Origin: Candidatus Latescibacterota bacterium
GTDB lineage: Bacteria > Latescibacterota > UBA2968 > GCA-2709665
DNA: 64,000 bases
NCBI GenBank assembly: GCA_965219995.1
Contig: CBDCOX010000002.1
Span: forward strand, 1,472,001-1,536,000
Reading direction: 5' to 3'
Shown here one piece after another: positions 19,958 through 29,779 of the stretch. The position numbers and the translations under genes are program-made. The notes below the pieces were generated by a model. That model did not search any database, was not told the origin of the DNA, and worked only from the letters and a program-made list of their open reading frames with translations. How positions within the stretch are numbered: the stretch's first letter is position 1; the number at the start of each line of letters is the position of its first letter.

Positions 19958-20722
19958 TCAGTTCTTTCTCCCTGCGATCAACAGCTTTTGGGGCAGTCCC
20001 TGTAGCGGCGCAACCTCCCACCCCTCGGCCTCATCCCCGATCTCCTCGAACCTGATCAGTTTGACGCCCTGCTCGATGACGGCCCTGAGATACTCGGATA
20101 CCGTCCAGTGAAACTCAAACTGCTTTGTGTCACCAGGCGCCTTGTCAAGGACATCTCGGGATACAGTGTATTCGTGCGGGCCGTTGTCGAAGTAGCTGAA
20201 ACCAACTTCCAGCGACGAAGCCTGATCCTTCCAAATGCGGCGGAACGGATGGTATTCGTTGATCAGGAACAGTCCCTTCGTGCGTAATATGCGGATGGCT
20301 TCACGGTAGTAGGTCCGCAAATCGCTCACCCACACCGCCACGTGGCCGCCGGTGTACACGACGTCGAAGCACGCGTCCGGCAGGCTGCCCAGGTCCGTCA
20401 CGTCCGCTTCGACGAATTCGATGTCGAGACCCAGTTTGCCGGCGCGCCCGCGCGCCACTGACAGTTGTTCAGCCGAAATGTCCACGGACGTAACTCGCGC
20501 GCCCATGCCGGCGAACGCGAATACCGCCAGGTTGTCGCCGCTGCCGAGGACGCAGACGTCGCTTCCTTCCACACCACGGATCAGATCCAGCTCCTGAGAC
20601 AGGAAGACCTTGCGGGGTTCGCGGTGAGCAACTCTCCAGGTCCCCCGTCTGTCATGCATGGCGGCCCACGCCTCGGCCCCCAGGTTCCAGCGAACCCGGT
20701 TTGCGTTGTGATGCTTATTCAT
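19958..20722 (-). CDS. Class I SAM-dependent methyltransferase
   Basis: VCVLGSGD, VTSVDIS, FDVVY, EYHPF. Confidence 0.85.
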   Translation of the reverse strand: MNKHHNANRVRWNLGAEAWAAMHDRRGTWRVAHREPRKVFLSQELDLIRGVEGSDVCVLGSGDNLAVFAFAGMGARVTSVDISAEQLSVARGRAGKLGLDIEFVEADVTDLGSLPDACFDVVYTGGHVAVWVSDLRTYYREAIRILRTKGLFLINEYHPFRRIWKDQASSLEVGFSYFDNGPHEYTVSRDVLDKAPGDTKQFEFHWTVSEYLRAVIEQGVKLIRFEEIGDEAEGWEVAPLQGLPQKLLIAGRKN

Positions 20723-20863
20723 GTCGGCCCGTTCGCCAGTCGGGTACAATCCGGTTGTTTCCGCAACGCCGCATCCAACGCGCTTCCGATGCCCGAGGAA
20801 CGCAAGACCATACCGGGCGCAAGCGTACACGGACGATGTTGCTCCACGATTCCCTATTCCATC

Positions 20864-22939
20864 TCAATTGGAATTTTCCAGCACGGCCACATAGGCGTCG
20901 TATAAATGCTGTACCCGCTCGACATAGTGTACGGGCTGTCCGCCGCGGCAGAAACCGTAACGAGCCCGCTCGTAGTATTCGGGCTGTGAAAGCAGGCGCA
21001 TCGCCTGCTCGACGTGGCCGAACCAGAGGTCCGGGTCCCATCCCTTCTCTCGCGCCAGGCGGCGGGCGTCCAGCAGATGTCCGTACCCGACGTTGTAGGA
21101 TGCCAGGGCAAAGCGAATTCGCGACTGCATTGGGATCTCGTGATCGAAACGCCTGATCAGCAGATGCATGTACTTGGTGCCTGCGTGTATTCCCTGGTCC
21201 GGATCCTCGAGGTTTTCGAAACCCAGCTGGAGTCCCGTTTTCGGCATTACCTGCATCAATCCCCTCGCACCGACCCAACTGACGGCGTCTGGATTGAATT
21301 TGGACTCCTGGTACATCTGTGCGGTTATCAGGCGCCAGTCCTGCCCGTATTGAACTGCATACTTTTTCGTCAGATCGTCGTACGGAGACAGTTGTCCGCT
21401 CAGGTCGACCCGCGTTGAATCCTTGGCCCTGGCGATCCCGCGGCGGTTTTCGAAGTACCTCTTCTTCATCATGTTGAAATAGAGACCGCCCTTTTCGCGC
21501 CTGACGTACTGATTGAGAGATTCCAGCAGGGCCGGGTTTTCCTTGCGCACCGCCCAGCCAAGCATTGCGGTTTTGATGCTGAAGGCGGCTTTGAGACGAC
21601 GGCCGTACGAACGTTCCACGTCGAGCAGGTTGGAATCCGCAAGCGTGAGGTCGTAGTCTCCGGACTCGACCCGTGCGAGTATTTCCTCGGTTTCGATGTC
21701 CTCGGGCAGTTTGACAATCCGCAGGTCTTCGACGGAGTCCTGCAGTGCTTTCAGCGTCATGTAGAAGGAGGAGCTCTCGCGCACGTGGACCGTCCGGCCT
21801 GCCAGGTCGCCGAGGCTGGATACCGAATTATCCTCAGCACGTATGACGACAACCTCTTCCACTTCGTTATATGGCCTCGTAAAGTCCGCCTCGGCCTGTC
21901 GCGCCGGGGTGATGGTCATCGCGGCGGCCACCACGTCTCCCTTTCCCTCGTTCAAATGGGACAGCAGTTCGGCATGCGACTTCGGAATGACGATCTCGAG
22001 GCGCAGCCCGTGTTCCGAGGCGAACTTTTTCATCAGCTCGTACTCGAACCCGACCTGAAGGCCCCGGTGTATGAAATACGTCATTGGGTTGTTGCGCGTG
22101 ATCATGCGCAGCCGTCCCCGCTCGATCAGGCCCGGGAGATCGTCCGTGAATTCATGCTGCCGCTCTCGAGAAAAGTGCCGGGCGAGCAGGAATTCGTCCA
22201 CCCTGGTCTTGAGTTCTGTATCCTCGGGCCGCATCATCACCGCGATCGGGCGGTCCCTCGCCAGCACAAGGGAGGTTGTCAGGCTGTCATAATAGCTGGA
22301 CAGGGCGTGCCACAGATGCGAATCGGACAAGGTGGCCTGGTATTCCCCGCTGGCGACGCCGTCCAGTAGTGCTTCGATGTTCTGAGTTTCCGGTACGGTC
22401 CGGATTCGCAGGGTCGGCACCTGCCGCTGCAGGTTGACAAGCGTCTGATAGTACGAGCTCGAGCGCCGCACGCTGATTTCCGTGCCCGCCAGGTCATCGA
22501 TCTTCCGCGGAAGTTCGCCGCCGGTTCTGGTCACCAGATATTCGTCCACATACATATAGGGGACCGAAAACGCGGCTTGCTTCTGGCGTTCGGGTGTTAT
22601 GGTCAGGCTGGCGACCACCAGGTCGCCCTCGCCCTCGAGCAGCATCCCCATCATTCTGGAGAAATCCCCGACTTCGACAAGCACGGGCTTCAATTCGAGC
22701 GACTGAGCAAGCTCGCGCGCGATATCGTAAGCGACTGTCACGTGCTGCCCGTGCCGCGGCAGATAGGCGATCGGTTCAAGCGGTACGATCGCCCTGAGTT
22801 TGCCTTGCGACCTCATTTCGGTCAGGTCACCGGTGTATTTGGCAGCGGCCTGCGGGGGCTCTTCAGGTCCGCTGCACTGCAAGAGTACGCTCAGTGCAGC
22901 GAGTCCTACGGAGACCTGAGCCCCGATTCGGTGGAACAT
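20864..22939 (-). CDS. mltF: Membrane-bound lytic transglycosylase MltF with two SBP_bac_3 domains
   Basis: Two substrate-binding repeats (LTITPERQ / MTITPARQ), then SLT motifs QESKF, GLMQVMP, ASYNVG. Confidence 0.9.
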   Translation of the reverse strand: MFHRIGAQVSVGLAALSVLLQCSGPEEPPQAAAKYTGDLTEMRSQGKLRAIVPLEPIAYLPRHGQHVTVAYDIARELAQSLELKPVLVEVGDFSRMMGMLLEGEGDLVVASLTITPERQKQAAFSVPYMYVDEYLVTRTGGELPRKIDDLAGTEISVRRSSSYYQTLVNLQRQVPTLRIRTVPETQNIEALLDGVASGEYQATLSDSHLWHALSSYYDSLTTSLVLARDRPIAVMMRPEDTELKTRVDEFLLARHFSRERQHEFTDDLPGLIERGRLRMITRNNPMTYFIHRGLQVGFEYELMKKFASEHGLRLEIVIPKSHAELLSHLNEGKGDVVAAAMTITPARQAEADFTRPYNEVEEVVVIRAEDNSVSSLGDLAGRTVHVRESSSFYMTLKALQDSVEDLRIVKLPEDIETEEILARVESGDYDLTLADSNLLDVERSYGRRLKAAFSIKTAMLGWAVRKENPALLESLNQYVRREKGGLYFNMMKKRYFENRRGIARAKDSTRVDLSGQLSPYDDLTKKYAVQYGQDWRLITAQMYQESKFNPDAVSWVGARGLMQVMPKTGLQLGFENLEDPDQGIHAGTKYMHLLIRRFDHEIPMQSRIRFALASYNVGYGHLLDARRLAREKGWDPDLWFGHVEQAMRLLSQPEYYERARYGFCRGGQPVHYVERVQHLYDAYVAVLENSN

Positions 22940-23038
22940 TCCAATCTCCTGATTGCGATATCTGGCTGTTTTCTGTGCTCGTCCTTTAACGTCCCGGAAG
23001 ACGCGAAGTTTCCAGTTAAGTGGCCGAATGACGCCGGA

Positions 23039-23851
23039 TCATCTGACCGGCTTCCGTCCGATGTACAGGATGTGCCTGGACGAAGCCACGATGCTCGGTT
23101 CCGCGCTGATTTCGAAGAGCAGATTCCGCCAGAGATCTCTCTGCCGCCCTTCAAGTGCGTTATAACTCTCATCGTCCGCGGAAATTGCCGGCTCCACCCC
23201 TGCAATCTTCAGCGTCCGAAATCCTGCGCCTTCGTGCATTGGGGCGACGTCCTCGTATCGTACGAAATATCCGCGGAAACCGCCTTTCGGGGCATCTACA
23301 GGGCGATGCCCGTGCGCGATTACGGATTGGACCTCGGCTTGATTTTCAATCCAGGAAGGTTTTTTCCTGATCAGGTCGCCCAGAATGCCGAACCTGGAAA
23401 TCATCGCGGAAAAGATGACGCCGCCCGGTTTCAGGCAGGCGATGGCGCATTGCAGCGCTGCCCACCGGTCGATTTCCAACACGAGATGATACAGGGGACC
23501 CATCAGAAGAACGGCGTCGAACGTGCTGCGTGGAATCCCGTTCAGCGAGCGCGCATCGGCGGTGCGGAAATCGATCCGGTCGGCCAACCCCAGCGCTTCG
23601 GCCTTTTCCCTGCATCGAGATACGAACTGATCGACGAAATCCGCCGCCGTAAGCCGGTATCCGCGCTTCGCAAGGGCAAAGGTGTACGACCCCGTACCGA
23701 ATCCGATCTCCAGTATCTTTCCTCGAGACGGGAGGTACCTTTCCAGGTAACGCCAGGTCAGGTCCGCTTCCAGCTGGTGGCGTACAAGCCGGTCGTCCTC
23801 GCCGTCCCATCCGGCACGGTAAAACTCACGTATGTCGCTCACGTCATCCAC
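23039..23851 (-). CDS. Class I SAM-dependent methyltransferase
   Basis: ILEIGFGTG, FDAVLLMGPLYHL, LKPGG; start uncertain. Confidence 0.87.
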   Translation of the reverse strand: MDDVSDIREFYRAGWDGEDDRLVRHQLEADLTWRYLERYLPSRGKILEIGFGTGSYTFALAKRGYRLTAADFVDQFVSRCREKAEALGLADRIDFRTADARSLNGIPRSTFDAVLLMGPLYHLVLEIDRWAALQCAIACLKPGGVIFSAMISRFGILGDLIRKKPSWIENQAEVQSVIAHGHRPVDAPKGGFRGYFVRYEDVAPMHEGAGFRTLKIAGVEPAISADDESYNALEGRQRDLWRNLLFEISAEPSIVASSRHILYIGRKPVR

Positions 23852-23947
23852 GGGAACACCATGAAACGATAATCCTTCAAACAGTCTGGCGCCAACCGCC
23901 CCTTCTCCGACTGGACAATGCCCTGGCACGACTGCCATTAACCTGGA

Positions 23948-24589
23948 CTATCCGTACATCGACAGGTCATCCCAACCCGAGGGCAGATGCGGTCGGGCCA
24001 TCGAGGCGTCGGGTCGCCAATCCTCCCATCCCTCGGAATACGGCCCTCCGGAGCCCTCGATTTCGGCTACGGCACGGTCTCCCTCTTCCCTCACCGCCCT
24101 GCCCTCTTGGGGTGTCATTCGACCCAGGCCGACCGCAAGATCCAGTTCATCGCGGTCCTTCCACTTCCAGCGCCGGTCCGGTTCAACGATAATGTCCAAC
24201 TGGTGATCCCTGAAATCGAAGCCCATCCCGGTCCGTGTCAATTGACTCTGAAGGTTGACGTACCAGCCCTGAAACACGCCTTCGGCCGACCATCGGACCC
24301 AGGTTGCGCGACGTTCGCCAGGCCGCACCAGGATCAGAAGCTCGGCCCACCGCCAGACCGAATCCACCAATGACCAGGAACGGTTGACCCAGTCCCGTGG
24401 TTTGCCTGGCACTTCGCGCGTAAACTCAGGCTTCTTCGTCGGCGTACCCAGCGGAAGCCAGAGCCTGGCTCGTGAATCTGAATCCTCGACGACGGTGACG
24501 GGCTTCACGTCGATGACCCGGCCGTTCTCGTCAAGTTCCCGATAGAGGATCGATTCCCCGCTGCGGAACCTGGATCGCACGGTTTCCAT
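23948..24589 (-). CDS. DUF402 domain protein
   Basis: GWYVNLQ, D.QLDIIV.PD..W.WKD.DEL. Confidence 0.85.
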   Translation of the reverse strand: METVRSRFRSGESILYRELDENGRVIDVKPVTVVEDSDSRARLWLPLGTPTKKPEFTREVPGKPRDWVNRSWSLVDSVWRWAELLILVRPGERRATWVRWSAEGVFQGWYVNLQSQLTRTGMGFDFRDHQLDIIVEPDRRWKWKDRDELDLAVGLGRMTPQEGRAVREEGDRAVAEIEGSGGPYSEGWEDWRPDASMARPHLPSGWDDLSMYG

Positions 24590-24633
24590 GGAACGGGCTC
24601 CGCGGTGATCGGAACAAGCGATATGACGAAACG

Positions 24634-25104
24634 TCAATCCGCCATCGCCGCTGATCCGCTGGCGAAATCTCCCCCTTCGAGATTGCCGTTATCGACGAAC
24701 CACTGAGAATTCGCATACAGCGCCATGACCGACTTGTGTTTGAGGAACCCTTCTCTTCTGTAGAAATCCTGCTGGCCGTGTACGCCAGCCAGAATCACCC
24801 TGGGAACGGCGAGTTTTCTGAGGATTGATCCCAGGATTGCCCGACCGATACCCTGGCGTTGAAACTCCGGCGCGACGACAAGTTCGCACACGGTCGTAGA
24901 CGACTCTTCGTCGGATATTGCCCGGCCGCCCCCGACGAGCGCCTCGCCGCTGAAAGCGAAACAACAGACCTCGCTATTGGAATACGCCCGGCGGAGCTTT
25001 CCCGGATCCAGCTTTCCCAGAGGAAAGCGCCGGTAGACGTCGGCAAGGTCCATCCAGTTGACGCCTCGTGCATTCTCCCTGTAGACAATTTCGTTCGCGG
25101 ACAT
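24634..25104 (-). CDS. GNAT N-acetyltransferase
   Basis: VAPEFQRQGIG, FYRREGF. Confidence 0.87.
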   Translation of the reverse strand: MSANEIVYRENARGVNWMDLADVYRRFPLGKLDPGKLRRAYSNSEVCCFAFSGEALVGGGRAISDEESSTTVCELVVAPEFQRQGIGRAILGSILRKLAVPRVILAGVHGQQDFYRREGFLKHKSVMALYANSQWFVDNGNLEGGDFASGSAAMAD

Positions 25105-25218
25105 GTCCCCTCCCGGTTGGTGTGTGGCGATTTTCAATTGCGTTGCATGGCGTGTTTCTGAGCTCTCGACTTCGAAAAGCGAATGTCACGTAGATCAGAC
25201 TGCCGGGTCGATGCCGAT

Positions 25219-25782
25219 TCAATGTACGGCCGGCGCCGCCCGGTCGTTTTGTAATCCGCCACGATCGGTTTCCTGCTCAAGGGCATTCTCGAACTTTGCG
25301 ACCTCCGCACCGGACCGCAGGATCACGACGGTCTTTTCGTTCCTGATCCGTTCCAGGGATTCCAGGATGCCCGGCAGGCGTGTCCTGTTGTAGTTCCAGA
25401 TCCACTCCAGGAATTCGCGATCGGGCAACTGCTCCCGACAGCCGGGATGGATGTCCGGCCGGCTTCGTCCCAAATGCCTGATCGCCCTCCTGAATACTTG
25501 CAAGAGGCAGGTGAACCGGGGCAGCGCCAGCAGGATCACCGTATCGCCGGCTTCTATCCGCTCCTTCATCGTGCTGCCGTAGTTTCCGTCCAGTATCCAG
25601 GCGTCGCGCGCGCAGAGCGCCGTGTGCCGGCGCTGCCATTCCTCCTGCGGCGGTTTCTGCCAGTCGGGTTTCCAATAGACCGCGTCGAGGTGGACCACCG
25701 GCAAGTCCAGCAACGACCCGAGCCTGACCGCCAGCGTGGATTTTCCGGCGCCGCCGCAACCGATGATGCAGACCCGTCGCAT
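25219..25782 (-). CDS. Adenylate-kinase-like topology modulation protein (FlaR-like)
   Basis: IIGCGGAGKSTLA, HLD..YW.P.W, WILDGNY. Confidence 0.85.
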   Translation of the reverse strand: MRRVCIIGCGGAGKSTLAVRLGSLLDLPVVHLDAVYWKPDWQKPPQEEWQRRHTALCARDAWILDGNYGSTMKERIEAGDTVILLALPRFTCLLQVFRRAIRHLGRSRPDIHPGCREQLPDREFLEWIWNYNRTRLPGILESLERIRNEKTVVILRSGAEVAKFENALEQETDRGGLQNDRAAPAVH

Positions 25783-25848
25783 GTCCGACACGGCGCCCTC
25801 GGCCCCGGTTCCTGGCTGTGTGTGTTCGTTGCACATCGCGCGCACGCC

Positions 25849-26709
25849 TCATCCCCATTTCAAGTCCGAAACGACCGGATAGTGGTCGCTGGGGTAGAGC
25901 GAACCCCGGTGGCGCCGTACGATCCAGGACTCTTCCACCTCCACCTCAACGGCGGGACAGCGGTAGAGGACCCAGTCCAAACGCCAGGAGAGATGATGCT
26001 GGAGCAAGTCGTATGCCGGTCCGTCATAGCCGTGATAGGTGTTCGACGCCGGACCGTCGCGAAGTCCGGCGCTCAGAAACGCGTCTTCGAAGCCTTTCTC
26101 TAGAAGGAAGCGATGTACCGCGTCGGTGATGGTGCTGCCCGCCGCGGCGGGATCCTCCACGCGGGGCGTCCACGGGTTGCAGTTGAAGTCTGCCGTCAGC
26201 AATTGGCGCTCCCCAGGTCTTGCAGCCGACGATATCCATCGGTTCAGCAGCGATGCGCCTTCGGTCCGCGCCTGCTCGCTGATGTGATCGAGATGGGTGT
26301 TGACATGTAGAAATTCCGCGTCAGTCGCCAGGTCGCGAAACCGGACCCACGTCGCCGTCCGAACGCAGGCCGATCCCCAGGAACGCGAGTAGTACTCCGG
26401 GGTTGCGCTGATCCAGAATCCGCCCCTCGAGCGTGGCCGAAGCCTCTCCCGCCGCCAGTAAACCGGGTTGAAGAGGTGGGGTGGATCGTTGGCGTGCGGG
26501 CCCTGGAAACTGTCGTACGCCTCCAGAGATTCGCCGAATGTGGCGAAATTCGGCCACTGAACTTCCTGAAAGCCGATAAGATCCGGCGACGTATCATCGA
26601 CCACCTCGCAGACCAGACCGGAGCGACCGGAACCGGTCCAGGCGTTCTCCGGCTCGTGTTCGTCGTATCCGCCGGCAATGTTGAAACTCATGACGCGAAG
26701 ACTTTCCAT
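25849..26709 (-). CDS. Endonuclease/exonuclease/phosphatase family protein
   Basis: MSFNI, GFQE, NTHLD, ADFN, LDWV, PSDHYPV. Confidence 0.9.
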   Translation of the reverse strand: MESLRVMSFNIAGGYDEHEPENAWTGSGRSGLVCEVVDDTSPDLIGFQEVQWPNFATFGESLEAYDSFQGPHANDPPHLFNPVYWRRERLRPRSRGGFWISATPEYYSRSWGSACVRTATWVRFRDLATDAEFLHVNTHLDHISEQARTEGASLLNRWISSAARPGERQLLTADFNCNPWTPRVEDPAAAGSTITDAVHRFLLEKGFEDAFLSAGLRDGPASNTYHGYDGPAYDLLQHHLSWRLDWVLYRCPAVEVEVEESWIVRRHRGSLYPSDHYPVVSDLKWG

Positions 26710-26783
26710 CTACCTGTACGGTCCTTCCGTTTTTCGGCATGTATGGACTCGATGTCCGGAATCCGAATCCTTCCGCTCCTGGA

Positions 26784-27089
26784 TTATCCGCCGGGGATGC
26801 GCGGACGCACCTCCCGGTCCAACCTGTCCGAAAGCTCGTCCTCGGCGACCTCGAGTTCATAGTTGGTCTGAATGCTCATCCAGTATCTGGGTGAGGTGTA
26901 GAAATATCGCGCGAGCCTCAACGCCGTATCCGCGGTGATGCCGCGTTTGCCCAGGACAATCTCATTGATGCGGCGAGGGGGCACCCCGATGGATAGTGCC
27001 AGATGGTTCTGGCTTAGATCCATCGGCTTGAGAAACTGTTCCAGCAATACGATTCCGGGATGAACGGGAACCGTTTCCCCAGCAGACAT
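26784..27089 (-). CDS. higA: HigA/VapI addiction-module antitoxin (orphan)
   Basis: PVHPG..L.E.FLKPM.LSQ..LA..IGVPPRRINEIVLGKRGITADTALRLARYF; no higB upstream. Confidence 0.92.
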   Translation of the reverse strand: MSAGETVPVHPGIVLLEQFLKPMDLSQNHLALSIGVPPRRINEIVLGKRGITADTALRLARYFYTSPRYWMSIQTNYELEVAEDELSDRLDREVRPRIPGG

Positions 27090-27161
27090 AGATTCATCTC
27101 CACGGGCGATCGTCTGCGTGTACAACCTCACAGGCGGCGCGGGCGGGACCGCCGCCAGGAT

Positions 27162-27190
27162 ATTATATAACGTTTTTCGTTAAATGACAA
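27162..27190 (-). promoter_or_regulatory. Sigma70 promoter of higA with an internal palindromic operator
   Basis: Minus strand TTGTCA-17 bp-TATAAT; spacer contains TAACG-N5-CGTTA (27168-27182). Confidence 0.85.
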
Positions 27191-27317
27191 GTGTTAAATG
27201 AGATACGTTTAATATAATATATTAAATTATAAACGTTAAATGATTTTCATTAAATGGTATCCGTTTAATGTATCTCGTTTAATGTTATCCGTTAAACGTT
27301 TTACGTTATATCTTAAG
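27178..27317. repeat. Ten-unit 14-bp tandem array, consensus CGTT(A/T)AATG-N5
   Basis: Units start at 27178, 27192, 27206, 27220, 27234, 27248, 27262, 27276, 27290, 27304; 33 G+C in 140 bp. Confidence 0.9.
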
Positions 27318-27360
27318 GCGAACACAATCGTGGGAGACCCTCACCCCCCAGCCCCGCAAA

Positions 27361-27400
27361 CCTCTCCCCCCGGCCCCCTCTCCCGGGGGGAGAGGGGGTG
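27361..27400. repeat. GC-rich palindromic REP-like element
   Basis: CCCCCTCTCCC/GGGAGAGGGGG inverted repeat. Confidence 0.6.
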
Positions 27401-27437
27401 AAAACCGGAAAATCCGGCCACGCGTCGGGCGGAGCGG

Positions 27438-28127
27438 TCAGCTTTGGGTGATCCGCAGCATGTTCGAGTCGCCTCGGCGGAACTCGAAGGGCACGGGTAC
27501 GCGTTCGACGTTTGCCGACCGTTGCAGGGTCTGAATGGTAGCGCGCAGATGCTCCGATGGATTGCCGGCCAGGTCGAACAATGGAAATACCCGGACCTCT
27601 CTCCCCACTCGAAGCAGTTCCCGGAGGAATGAAAGGTGCGTTTCGAGGTTGAATTCCGAGGAGAACAGAAACAACATGTGGGAACAGAGGACGAGATCGA
27701 AGAATTTCGACCGGAAGGGTAAGGCGGGAAGAACCCCAGAGACGTACCGGCCACGCCGGTCTTCCGACCGGAAGTCGCGGAGGAAGGTTGCGAGAACGTC
27801 CCGTCGCAGCTGGATAACCGCTTCGGGGCTACCGTAGTGGTTCCACAGAAACCGTTCACGCGCCTTTCGCGTTCCCGCAAGCATGCGCGCGCCTGTGCGT
27901 TCGAAATCGGCTTCCAGGTTCCGGCCTGAGAACCTGTAGATTGGATCGACGGCGACGACGAATCGCCCTGTCCCGCCCCATTCTGCGGAGAATGACGACG
28001 TTCCGCCTCCGCAGTCCAGTATCCGCGCGGATGACGGGACATCGGACAACGCGAAGAACGCCTCGTATTCAGCCGCGCAGCGGCCCCAGGCGGGAACGGA
28101 ACCGCCGAAATCGAACTCACTGGACAT
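27438..28127 (-). CDS. SAM-dependent methyltransferase
   Basis: GR...EY..FF.L, ILDCGGG.SSF, FDLVLCSH.LF, EVRVFPL. Confidence 0.85.
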   Translation of the reverse strand: MSSEFDFGGSVPAWGRCAAEYEAFFALSDVPSSARILDCGGGTSSFSAEWGGTGRFVVAVDPIYRFSGRNLEADFERTGARMLAGTRKARERFLWNHYGSPEAVIQLRRDVLATFLRDFRSEDRRGRYVSGVLPALPFRSKFFDLVLCSHMLFLFSSEFNLETHLSFLRELLRVGREVRVFPLFDLAGNPSEHLRATIQTLQRSANVERVPVPFEFRRGDSNMLRITQS

Positions 28128-28243
28128 CAGGTGGACAGCCAGGAACGAACACCGAATTCAACATCTACAACTCTCCAAAATCCCTAAAGGAGGTCGAAAA
28201 ACAGCAATGTGCGACCGTCTGCCAACAATTGTCAGTTAGAATC

Positions 28244-28469
28244 AGAGTCGAGAATCAAATTCAACATCCACATCTCCCCAAATTCCCTGCCTCCGGCGGG
28301 TTCCTTTTGAAGCGACCAAAAGGAACCAAAAGTCGCCGCTGGGCGCGGGGCCTGCGATATGCACAGCGCGAACACCCTCACAGGACGCTGGAGATTCTCT
28401 GGCCTTGCACCTGTGGAAGCATATCGAACCGCGTTGCTGGACGGATCAGCGCGCTCTGCTCTGGAAGTC
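28244..28469. repeat. Structured non-coding element, copy A (132-nt core, pseudoknot and tail)
   Basis: 28338-28469 aligns without gaps to 33054-33185; tail similar to 32843-32890. Confidence 0.7.
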
Positions 28470-28586
28470 GTCCGGTCTGGTAACACCTTCGTGGCCCGAT
28501 TGGCGCCTGAATGATGAGGACAGCCGTTAGCCGAAACCGGTTAGCGAAACGGTCAAGCGACTTCAATTCACGGACATCTGGCTTTC

Positions 28587-28610
28587 GTAGGGGCGGCTCG
28601 CGAACCGCAC
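28587..28610 (+). repeat. GTAG-type REP hairpin
   Basis: GTAG GGGCGG CTCGCGAA CCGCAC. Confidence 0.55.
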
Positions 28611-28681
28611 GGAATACGGCTTCTGCGCTAGCCTTACAGGCGCTCGGAACGCGGTTTCAATGGTTGCTTGTCCCCCGGCAT

Positions 28682-28755
28682 GCGACTTGTCAGAACGCGA
28701 TGGATTAACCGCAGGCGGACCAACTCGTCTACCGTCTTCCGTCTCCCGTCTAACC
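28682..28755. repeat. 51-bp dispersed repeat plus heptamer tract (copy 1)
   Basis: 3 mismatches to 41524-41574; followed by (cgtctcc)-type heptamers. Confidence 0.8.
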
Positions 28756-29727
28756 GGTTTTTGGGCGTCCGTTCCGGACGACAGCTTCGATAAACTCGCC
28801 TTTGCCTGCCTGATAGGACGCCCGGTCCTTCGGGAACCGGTGCGCCAGGTCCCGTTTCAATCTCATGTAGTCGTCCGCAAGGCCGCGGTCCGATCGCAGG
28901 CGGTCCCTGAAACGGACGATCTCTTTCCAATCCGCGCTGGTTTTCTCGAACATGTGAATGTGATGGGTGCGAGGCGCACCTTTCCGGAAGAAGTGCCTTC
29001 GAGGGATGCCGTTTTCTCCCCTGTATTCGTACCCGATCCCACCGAGGGGCTGTATGCATACCCTGGCGCGTTCAAAATTCCTGACGGCGACCGCGATGTC
29101 CAACACCGGCTTGGCGGACATTCCCGGTATGGACGTGCTGCCCACGTGCTGGATGTCCTCCACATAATCACCGATCGTTTCTTCGATATTCTCTTTTTCC
29201 AACTTGAAGAGGGAGCTCCATTCTTCCAGATATGGGAAAACCGACACCTCCCCGCGATTCAAACCCAGCAGGGGTCCCCTGCTGAACAGTTCCGGGATAT
29301 GGCCCGGCGTCAGGAAAGTACGTAATTCCGGATCCACCATCGAGATGGATTCGTGCGAAATCCAGGAAAAGGCGAAGACAACGCCGGATTCCGGACCCAC
29401 CGTTCCGACGTGTTCCCACCTGTCCGGTAAATGAGGATCGGCATTGAACAGAAAGTCCGTCCGTTCCACGTCCGATTGGATATACGGCTTGAATTAGCCG
29501 GTCTTCCCGATCCTGCGGATGAACTGCAGGTTCTCGATTCCCGATTCCTCACGGGTTTCGCGGTGGGCGGCCTGAAGCGGCGTTTCACCGGCCTCGACGT
29601 TTCCCCCTGGCAGGCGATAGTATTCGTACCCGATGGATTTGAGTTCGAGGACGAGCAATTCGCATGTCCCATCCTCGTCGTACCTGATAATCAGCGCGAA
29701 CGCTTTGTGGACGAGCGGGTTCTTCAT
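28750..29727 (-). pseudogene. NUDIX-GrpB fusion interrupted by one in-frame TAA
   Basis: NUDIX box GGNVEAGETPLQAAHRETREESG; TAA at 29494-29496; same frame continues into GrpB (HVGSTSIPGMSAKPVLDI, FRDRLR). Confidence 0.75.
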
Positions 29728-29779
29728 TGTCCTGGAACATGCGCCGTGGGAATTGTGGGTGCGTATCTCATTGATTCTA

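Noticed and set aside
20864-22939. Double substrate-binding domain MltF as a novelty
   Set aside because: To my knowledge tandem-SBP MltF architectures are already annotated in other bacteria.
27178-27317. 14-bp array as a CRISPR or guide-RNA array
   Set aside because: The 9-bp degenerate repeats and 5-bp spacers are far too short, there are no cas genes, and the units match the promoter palindrome instead.
29494-29496. Programmed recoding (Sec/Pyl) at the internal stop
   Set aside because: The codon is TAA, not TGA or TAG, and other genes here use TAA as a normal stop.
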